A stretch of DNA of 64,000 nucleotides from Azolla caroliniana. Its lineage: Eukaryota; Plantae; Polypodiophyta. Of the stretch, positions 27,901 through 38,900 are shown one piece after another. The translations under genes were made by a program, and so were the position numbers. The stretch lies in contig JBHGNT010000015.1 of NCBI GenBank assembly GCA_043228905.1, positions 6,820,001 through 6,884,000 of the forward strand. The letters run 5' to 3'. The notes beneath the pieces were generated by a model, which saw only the letters and a program-made list of their open reading frames with translations, made no database searches and had not been told where the DNA came from. Numbering within the stretch: the first letter of the stretch is position 1; every line of letters begins with the position of its first letter.

Positions 27901-29694
27901 TAAGACTTACATGTTGACCTTAGGCTAGATCCCCAACTAAAAGACATCCCTAAGCCTTTTATATGTTGGACCAAGTCAAAATCACTCTATTCTTATCTAG
28001 TCAAAACTAAATATATTGGATCCCCAAATCCCCATTAAAATGTCACACTTATCATTGGTATTTATCTAGTATAACTAAATATAACAAATCCCCAAAATCA
28101 TCCCTTCCCATCAAACTCATTAAGCTATCCCTCTCTACTATAACTACCTCCCTAACTCCCACATCCTCCTTTATACACATTCAAAAACCCTCTCTCCTCT
28201 TTTCTCTCTCTCTCTCGTGGATATGCAGCCCTGGGTGCTCTCGAAAGACAATGTGCACATTTGCAGTTCCAAGAGCCACGGACTAAGCTGTGGTTATTTG
28301 ATACACTTGTCACACCAACTCTTCTCTATGGAGTAGAGACATGGGGACCGAGTCTTAACAAGGCAAATCATTGGAAAGATTTAGAGAGACCTTTAGTGTC
28401 AATGATTGCTCGCATGATAAGGAGCAAAGCATCGGTGCCCCATGATATAATCCGGGCAGAGATGGGAGCAGCACCTATAATAACCGAGGCATTGTTCCGA
28501 TCAGTGACATTTATCCAACGTCTTTGGGAGCTCCCTAAACGAAGGTACCCAAGGTTGGCACTTATGTCATCAAGACAATTGGCTGAAAATGGAGACACTC
28601 ATTGTTGGTATGCTGAAATGCAGCAATGGTTCGAGTCACATGGCATGAGTATAAATGCACTACCCCCGTTCCAATATAGCTTGGACTGTCCCCATCTAAA
28701 TATGACCAAAGTGGAAAAGAATAGAGTGATCCGAACTGATATTATTAACTTAGAAAACAAGATAACATGGATCAGCCCCAAAATAGCACTTGGTACAAAG
28801 ATGGCCCACTATAAGACACACTTCTTACATACATCGGAGGATGGATTTGTCATAAGGCCACCTTATATGGACATACATCTATCCTATGAGTTGCGTAGTG
28901 TGATAGGGCAGCTGCGAACCTCATCACATCAGCTACAGATTGAGGTGGGCAGATATACACGACTACCTCTAGAAGAGAGAATTTGCCAATTGTGTCATCA
29001 AGGAGTGGAATCTGAAGAACACTACGTTTGTCATTGTAGTGTCTTTTATGAAATCAGAGGGAGATACCATTGCCTCTTTAAACAAGGCTTTGGCCCACTA
29101 CGCAAGGTAATGGAATATGAGGACCAAAGATGCCTAGGACTTTTCTTGCTCGAGCTCAAGAGACATCGGGAAAAGTTGTTGAAGAATACAGCCACACAAG
29201 CTCATCCACAAAGAACAATCACAACTTTCTTTAGCTCCATCACTCCTAATGCTAGAAGTCAACCCCAGGATACAGAAATGGGATCCAGACCAAGATATAA
29301 CAAAGGGGTTACGATTGATCGGGCAATGGCAATTTGCCGTGCACGTAGGCCCCGGCCCCATGGACCACGACCCCGACACCCTTGTCATCGAAAAATAAAA
29401 GCCATTATCTCCCGCCATCGTAGGTGCTTCCCTCGCTTTGGAGACATTTCCATTCTAGATCGACCTATGATAGAGATCTTTCGGAGACAAAGGCTACAAT
29501 ACACCTAACTTGAGAATCTCGCATGTGCCAAAAACCAGATTCTCTCGTCTCTTTTCTCTTCATCTTATTTACTTTTATATTTATTGTGTAATATTTACTT
29601 TATTTTGATTTGTTCTCAAAGACGAGAAAACATTTAAGATGTAATCTCTTATTCGGTCTTATAGGCCATTTTGGCCTCTTAAAAGACGTTAATA

Positions 29695-29755
<61 letters not shown>

Positions 29756-29918
29756 CTCTCTCTCTCTCTCTCTTCCATCCCCACCACTCCCCATTCTCTC
29801 TTCTTTCCTCTTCCCCTATATAAGCCTCTAACATTTTTGTATGGTCTTTAGCACTGATGAGCTCATATAGAGCGAAACATGTTTGCCATAAGACCTATTT
29901 CTTACATAAATTGAAGTT

Positions 29919-29991
<73 letters not shown>

Positions 29992-32900
29992 TTCTCCTCC
30001 TCCGATATTCTCTTTTGAACTATTCTTTAGATACCATACTATCTAACCTAATTATTCAACCGCCGAAGGTTATTCGCTCGCACTCCTTGCTTAGGCCATA
30101 AGGCCAACAACTACCCAAGGAGTGGAATCCGAAGAACACTATGTTTGTCACTGTAGTGTCTTTTATGAAATCAGAGGGAGATACCATTGCCTCTTTAAGC
30201 AAGGCTTTGGCTCACTACGCATGGTAATGGAATATGAGAACCAACGATGCCTAGGACTTTTCTTGCTAGAGCTCAAGAGACATCGGGAAAAGTTGTTGAA
30301 GAATACAGCCACAGAAGCTCATCCACAAAGAACAATCACAACTTTCTTTAGCCCCATCACTCCTACTAATGCTACAAGTCAATCACGGGATACACAAATG
30401 GGCTACAATAGCTACAATATATCTAACTTGAGAATCTCACATGTGCTGAAAACTAGATTCCCTCGTCTCTTTTTATCTTATATACTTTTATATTTACGGC
30501 GTATTATTTACTTCTTTTTTATTTGTTGTTCTCAAAGACGAGACAACATTTAAGATGTAATCTCTTGTTTTGTCTTATAGGCCATTTTGGCCTCTTAAAA
30601 GATGTTAATATATCTTTCTTCTTTCTTCTAACTGTATTAATGCTCTGCTCGACCATCTTATAGAATCCTTTGCTGGTCTTTTACCGATTTTCATAGTTTG
30701 CAATTCAATCGCTAGTGCCGACCATTACTTCCATACTGCTGCCGAACTTTCTTCAATTCTGTTCTCCAGCCAACTGCGATGACGCTCGACAATAGGATTT
30801 ATTTTTTTTGTATGCATTTCATCATGTGCCTGCACTGCCTGTTTCTCTTGCTTCAGCCACTTGATCATCCTTACTGCCGATTGAGGCTGCACTTCATAGG
30901 CCTTCCGCTCCATTTGAAAAGTTTCCTGCAGCTGGTCCAATGTCCGCTTGGACATTTCACTAATTTCCTCTCTGATCGAAATCGGCTTTCAATTCCTTGT
31001 GCTCCTTGTACAAGCCGTTCGATTTCTGCATTGGCAAGTTTCTGTATCCTCTCTCTTTGTTGCCATAATTCCTCATTTTCCTCCGCCAGTTCCCTGTTTT
31101 CTGCATTTAACCGATCATTGTCCTCCGTCAGCTGCCTGTTTTCTTCATTGAACCGATCGTTTTTCTTCTTCAGCCGAGTAAATCCCTCGTTGAGCCACTC
31201 AACTTCTCCTTTTAGCTTAGTAATTTCCTCATCAGCCGCTTTCCTCAGCTTCTTCTCCTTTTCCGCGACGTCCGTTTGCACTGCCAGCTCTTCTTTTAAG
31301 CCCTCAATTCGGGTATCCTGCCAGCCCCTTCTCTGTTTGTGCCACGTCCTCATCAGCCCGCCCGGCTGGCACAAGATTCAATGAAACTCCGTTGGCCTGA
31401 GCCCCTGCGACTATCCTCAACTTTTCCTCCAATAGCTGGATTTGGTTCTTGGACCCTATCCAACCTTTGGATACCTGATTGGCCACCTTTCTGGTGTTCT
31501 TAACCCTTTCGACCATATCTTTTGCTACACGCCGGACCGTGGAGAACTCCTGTATTTTGGCTAACGCCATATTCAATGCCGGCATCCCCTCATGCTCGAA
31601 TTCGGTCTGGCCAGGCCTATTCGGCTTCATGACTTTCCTATCCATTTCTCTGTTATTAACTTGGAAAACAAGATAACATGGATCAGCCCCAAAATATCAC
31701 TTGGTATACACGAATAACTCTAGAAGAAAGAATTTGCCAATTGTGTCATCAAGGAGTGGAATTCGAAGAACATTACGTTTGTCATTGTAGTGTCTTTTAT
31801 GAAATCAGAGGGAGATACCATTGCCTCTTTAAACAAGGCTTTGGCCCGCTACGCAAGGTAATGGAATATGAGGACCAACAGTGCCTAGGACTTTTCTTGC
31901 TAGAGCTCAAGAGACATCGGGAAAAGTTGTTGAAGAATACAGCCACACAAGCTCATCCACAAAGAACAATCACAACTTTCTTTAGCCTTGTTATATTAAC
32001 TGTTATATTAGTCCTATAGTATCAACAAATTCAAAAACTAGCCTTGTTCGTGCTGGTTCGTATCTCGAGGTTGATTCGTACCTGCCCTAGTCAACCTAGT
32101 CAAGTCGGCCCATTTACTTCCGACACTTGCCAAATCGGCTACGGGGTTTAAAAGGCCTCCTTTTCGGCTTCCGCCGATTCGGCTGATACACTTCGGCCCT
32201 TATCTTTGTCGACTACGGCCGATTCGGCCGAGTCTTCTTTTCCAGGCTTAGTCTGCTATCGGCAGATTCCTTCCGGCTCGTTTTCAGCCTGTCGGCAAAC
32301 AGACTCATCGGTGTAGCTAGGACCTATAGACAATGACATGTCATGATAACAACATTCGGAAAAGAAGCAGACAGAAAGCTCATGAAATGCACATATGAGT
32401 TGGATAGCAGAATAAGCTTCAAGTTGGTACCATGAATCTCTGAACGAAGACTGGAACATCAGATATCCCAATTGCCGCAGCACAAGAGGGGGAAAAGATG
32501 GCTCTAGACTGAATTCTTCACTCATCCTTCTCATAGAAAAAGAAGAAACTTGCTTTATTCTCCAATAAAAGGGCACTCAAGAGCAACAGGATATAGGTAG
32601 ATGAAGAGATCATATCAGTTCCAGTAGCACACAACAAAGAAAACATGCCATGAGTGATGGATGCAAGAAAGGCAGGAAAACAGGTTGTTTATGGACATGG
32701 TTGGATTATTATTACTGAGAAGAGAACCACAGACAATGTTATGGCCTATAAGACCAGGCACATGACTATAAGGAATTGCAATGGCTCCCACAAGACAGAA
32801 GGTTTTTTGAACATACCTTCAAGGATGCACATTGAGATGAATACAAAGCTATATTAGGGCATTGTAGCAAACTCCCCGATGTACATGGATATAGATACTG

Positions 32901-35900
32901 GTCTATTCCATCCTCGACCATGCACACTAGAAAGTACTAGAAGTTACGGTAAGCAGATGTGTTGTACTGAAAGAAAGAATATCTTAACGTCTTTTAAGAG
33001 GACAAAAAGGCCTATAAGACTGAATAAGAGATTAGATCTTAAGCGTTGTCTCGCCTTTGAGAACAACAAATCAAAAGACGAGACAACACTTAAGATGCAA
33101 TCTCTTGTTTGGTCTTATAGGCCATTTTGGCCTCTTAAAAGACGTTAATATATCTTTCTTTCTTTCTTTCTTCTATCCCTTATACCCAAGATAAAAGAGT
33201 TCATTACCTCTAGTAGATTTCTTGTCTTCGCTGCAGATCATGCATATATAGACTTCAAAGGAAGTGGAGAACTATACGAAGATACTCTTGAAAGGAAGTG
33301 GTGGGCTGTCTTCCCAGAGTGGTTGGCTTTCATTCTCCGATGTATCTTCCATGGATTTCATTAAGTCAAACCATTGAAATGTGCCTAAACTTACATCTAA
33401 CCATTGTGAAGTAAGAGATACAGATAGACAAATATGCACGGAAATCTATGGAAGAACAGATATGTCAATTGTGTCATTGTAGCATGGAATCAGAAGAACA
33501 CCATGTCTGCAATGTTCTATTTTTTATGAAATATGACGGACAATAGTACAGCCACAATAAAGACCCGATCACAACTTTCGTTAGCTCCACTCCTTTTAAT
33601 GCTACAAGTCAATCGAGAGTCACAAGTTGCTTTCCACGCTTTGGAGACCTTCTATCTCGGATCAGCCCAAGTTGGAGATCTTTAGAAGGCAGAACTTTAA
33701 ACTTCTAAGCTCAAAATCATAGCTGTTTAGGTTATGAGAATCTTTGGTACCTTATATTTAGTTGTAAAGATGTTAGTGTTTCCTATAATCTGCAGTTTTT
33801 ATTATGCCTAGGTATTGAGAGCTATTGAAATGAATTTATGAAGTCTCTATTAAATTTGTGTATTAAAATCTAAATCTCGTTTCAAACTCCTTCCAACTTG
33901 AAACTAATTGAAATTGCATTACATAGGTGTAAATGTTTAGAAATTCTCAATTAAACAAATTAACAATTTACTCTATTAGTACAGACAATAGAGAAATATG
34001 AAGATAAAAATAAATAGAAACAATTGCAAAATAGAAAAACATTCTATTGGGGGAAATTACCATCCGAAGGAGACCTTGTTTAGAAGAAGAATAGGTAATT
34101 TTCACTCACAAAATGTCTCACTTGAGATATTTATTGTTGGTTTACACAAATCCAAATCCTAAAGAACTAACCTAAACCACGAAACACATCACCACGTGCA
34201 TCTGCTAACGTCTTCCCTTGCTCCAAGGTGATATTCTTTGCCAGCTCATCCTGCAATCATATGGTTTAAAGTAACATGATATACCTATTCGTTTCAAGGA
34301 AAAGTATTGTTTCTGTTAAGTAATCTCACCATGTCTCTCCTTATGAGCTCTTGAAATTTCAACATGATCCGCTGCCTGGTTGTCACAGGAGTGTCTCTCC
34401 AACCAGGATATGCTTGTTTAGCAGTCTCAACTGCTGTTTTGAACTCATCATCTGTTGTTAAAGGAACTCTACAAACTGTATCTTGTGTTGCCTGCTTGAT
34501 GCATATGAAGCATCTACATTAGGTTTTGGGAGTAAAGGGATAAGTATATCCATAATCGATCAAGTTTTTCCAACTGACCGGATTAATGACATCTATCCAT
34601 TCCTTGGCCTGTGAGTCTAAAAACTCTCCACCTATCAGTAATTTTACCTTTGGCTGCAGCATAAATATTAGATAACTATGTATCAATAGAGAAACAAAAC
34701 TTCACATGTAATAGGAAAGTATAATATTTAGGTTTCCCTTACGTTTTAACTGCTTTACACAAAAGAGGAATTTATGCTTTCAATGGATATGGAACCAAAC
34801 CATAAAATGAATAGGTAAGGACATAAATTAGGAGGCATAATATGTTTTCATACAAATAGGTAAGGACATAAATTAAGATGCATACTAGGTTTTCAAACAA
34901 ATAGGTAAGGACATAAATTAAGGGGCATGCTAGGTTTTCATACAAATAGGTAAGGACATCAATTAAGAGCCATGCTTCATACAAATAGGTAAGGAGAATT
35001 TGAGAGCTAAATTTGCAACGATAGTTCCAATAGAGTCAGGGCAAGATATGAACTCTTGTTATGTGAAAAAAATTAAGAGACCCCACTTGTGAGTCATGGA
35101 TTGATGCTTAGACCCCACTGCAAAGGCAATATCAGGGCGTGTAGCAACCATCGCATATATCAAACTGCCAACAGCTGAACCATATGGAACCTTAGCCATT
35201 TCAGCCTTCTCATCATCAGATCTAGGGCTGTCTTCTGTACTAAGTTTCAAATATGGAGGCAATGGAACCCCAATTGTTTCCCCCCCTCCATATTGAAACA
35301 CTGCAAAACCTTAGAGATATACTCCTGCTGAGATAGAAAGAGTACCCCTTTCGACCGGTTTCGGAGTATTTGCATGCCAAGGATGTGATTTGCATCACAT
35401 CCTTGGCATGCAAAACCTTCAGGCTGCTGCATATATATGTCTTCATGTAGATCGCCATGTAAAAAGGCGGTCTTCACATCCATCTGTATGAGCTCCATAT
35501 CTTCAGCTGCAACTAAGCCCAAAATGATTCTTAATGTAGTCATCTTGACTACAGGCGAGAAGATCTCATCAAAATCAACTCCATATTCCTGCTTGTATCC
35601 TTTTGCAACCAATCTTGCTTTGTACTTTGGCGAGGAATCAGAAATGACCTTCATTTTATAAACCCATTTGCATGGAAGTGTTTTCTGCCCTTTAGGCAAT
35701 TGCACCAAATCCCAAGTGTCATTTTTCTCAAGAGATTCCATCTCTGACAACATGGCTTTATACCATTTCTTATTGTCATGTCTGTCCATTGCTTCCTTGA
35801 AGCAAGTCGGTTCGCCACAATCAGTTACCATGACATAATCAGCCACACTATTTGCATCAGGAACAAATCTGTCAGGCTGTCTAGTAACTCTAGACGATCT

Positions 35901-38900
35901 CCTAACCCAATGTTCATTGTTTGGTAGCTGTTGAGCCTGCAAATCATCATTTTCAATTTGCAGTCAAGGCATTTCAGCCTGCAAATCGGCATTAACAGCT
36001 TGCTGTTCTAGCTGTTCCTGCACATTTGGTGGCTCATCATTATTGGCAAAGGCTGGCTGATCATTTCCAACCTCATTTTCTGCATTTGCAGGTAAGTTTA
36101 CAGCAGGTGTTTGCTGCTGTACAGCGGGCACATTTTCCTGTCTAAAAGGTATTTCTTCTCGGAATACAACCCTACGTACTTCCTCAGTCTTTTCGGGTTG
36201 TTTATGCATGCGATTTTCCCGGAAGATAACATCATTGCTGCGTACTATTTTCCTTTTCTCAAGATCCCACAATCTATACCCCATTTCACCCTCGTCACCA
36301 TATCCTAGGAAAATACATTTGCAGGACTTTGGCTCAAGTTTGTTGCGTTCTTCTTTACGAATGTGCACAAAAGCCTCACAGCCAAACATTCTCAAGTGAG
36401 CATATGAAGGTGGCTTGCCCGACCACGCTTCTTGGGGTATTCCCCCTCCCAAAGACCTGTTAGGTGACCGATTAATCAAGTGAATAGCTGTCATAACAGC
36501 CTCTGCCCAAAAACCATGGGGTAACACAGCATGAGACAGCATAGTACGGACCTTATATTGAATAGTCTGATTCATACGCTCTGCAACTCCATTTTGGGGT
36601 GGATTATAAGGGGCAGTGAGTTCCCTCTTTATCCCTTTGCTGTCACAAAATGCTTGAAAAGCCTTGGACACATATTCCCCACCATTGTCAGAGTGAAGAC
36701 ACTTAAGTGTCTTATCAATTTGATTCTCAACTAATGCCAAAAATGTTCGAAACTTGTCGAGCACTTCATCCTTGCTACAAATAGGGTAAGCCCATACCTT
36801 CCGTGTAGCGTCATCGACAAAAGTGACTAAGTATTTCTTTCCCCCTAATGATAGCCCTGGCATCTGACATACATCTGAATGTACTAACTCAAGCAGGGAC
36901 GACTTCAGCGAAAGAGACTTTTTATGAGATGTTTGTACATGTTTACCATAAATGCAATGATCACAATGTTCAAAATCAGCATAACGAAGACATGGCAAGT
37001 AACCCAAACGAGACAATACTTTCATACCAGTTTCACTGATGTGTCCCAACCGGCCATGCCACAAAGAAACACTGGGCTGCTCGTTATGGCAACAACATGG
37101 TCACTCACACTAGATACATGGAGAGGATACAAAGTATCACTTTTACTACCCTTGGCAATAACTCTAGATCCCTTACAAATCTTCCCTTTCCCATCACCAA
37201 AGATTGTGTGAAATCCATCATCATCTAGCTGTCCTGTGCTAATCATGCTCTTCTTGAGCTGGGGTACATTCCGTACATGCTGAAGTGTGAAAGCAGAACC
37301 ATGCTGAAACTGTAATTGCACAGTGCCAATACCTGCAATTTCACATGCATAGTTGTCCCCAAGATGGACAACACCATGTCGACCCCTTGTGTAATCTGAA
37401 AACCACTCACGATGAGGGGTGACGTGAAAAGAAGCACCGGAATCGAGTATCCAAGTGTGCATGTCACCATCCGTATCTGCAAGTAAAGCATGTTCTCTAT
37501 GGCATGATGAAACAAAGAGTATATCATTTCCACTATCACTATCATGAGTGACTATATTCACCTCTTCAATTTTAGTATTGCCTTTCCTCGGTTGAATGTC
37601 TCTCTTTTCTTCTATGAAATCATCTATCTTCTTGCCCTTTCCTTTCTCTTTCTTCCATTTGAAAAATCACGTTTAAAGTGACCCTTTTTGCCACAGTGAT
37701 GGCATTCTACATCTTTACCATGTGATTTACTACGGCCATAACTATCAGATTTGCCTCTTTGTTGTGACCTACCCCTCATATGCAACGCACTAGAGGACTT
37801 ATTGGATGCATTGTTTTGCCGACTCATCTCTTCCATGAGTAGAGAACACTCTACATCGGCATAAAGAAGCATCACATTTGAATTGCTCATAGCAGTCCTG
37901 AAAGTATCCCAACTTTCTGGCAAGGTGCAAAGTAAAAACGTGGCCTTAAACTCATCATCAATGATGAATTTCAAGGCAACCAGCTGGCTGAAAATGGAAT
38001 TGAACTCACTCAGGTGAGTTGACATGGGTGTGCCCTCTGTCATACGCAAATCCATAAGTTTCTTAACCCAATAAACTTTGCTAGCTGCCGTCTTTTGGGC
38101 ATACAATTCCTCTAGTCTAGTCCATATAGAATAGGCGGAGTCCAAACCTTCGATATTAAAAAGCAAGGCATCAGAGATTGACAACTCAATAGTCAAGCGT
38201 GCAAGCTCGTTCAACTCTTGCCAATCATCTTGGTCCATATTTGTAGGCTTTACCCCTTTGACTTTTATAGGCTTTGCATGCTTCTTTTGCAACAGGATGT
38301 TATAGCATTGCTTTTTCCATACCGCAAAGTTATGTGCACCCTCAAGCTTCTTGATGTCCATAAGGTGGCTACTATCACTGCTGCTAGTCATGATTTCTTA
38401 GCCCAAACAAAGGACCAAACCTGCTCTGTAGAAAACATGACCTGCTATGCAAAAAACCCTAAACTCTGCTTTGCAGAAAACCTTAAACTCCGCTCTACAA
38501 AAATCCCTAAACTCTGCTCTGCAAAAAACCCTAAACTCTGCTCTGTAGAAAACCCTAAACTCTACTCTGTAGAAAACCTTAAACCTTGCTCTGCATAAAA
38601 CCTTAAACTTTGCTCTGCATAAAACCTTAAACTCTGCCTGTAGAAAACTCTAAACTCTGCTCTACAGAAAACCCTAAACTTTTCTCTACATAAAACCCTA
38701 AACCCTGCTCTGATACTAGTTTGAAGGCAGCACGAGGATTAGGGTTTAGGTCCAAAACAATCGGGGAGAGAGTTTGAGTGAGAGACAAAGGGAGAGAGAG
38801 AGAGAGATGTACGCTGTCTTGGGTACAAAGAGTGTACCTCGTTTTTTGTTTTTAGATATTATGTATATACAAGTCAAAAGTGTGCTACGAGTGTGTTCAC

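Larger units (their letters stand above)
27257..29980 (+). mobile_element. Penelope-like retroelement (5'-truncated RT plus 3' region with hammerhead), split by a LINE insertion
   Basis: [59 protein letters not shown] and downstream RGYP are PLE-type RT and thumb motifs. Boundaries are approximate. Confidence 0.85.

Noticed and set aside
30779-31384. 201-aa plus-strand ORF
   Set aside because: Ser/Phe/Leu-rich antisense shadow of the minus-strand coiled-coil ORF
38420-38710. Interstitial telomere
   Set aside because: CCCTAAA occurs once per 22-nt unit, not as tandem (CCCTAAA)n, and the array lies in a Copia leader
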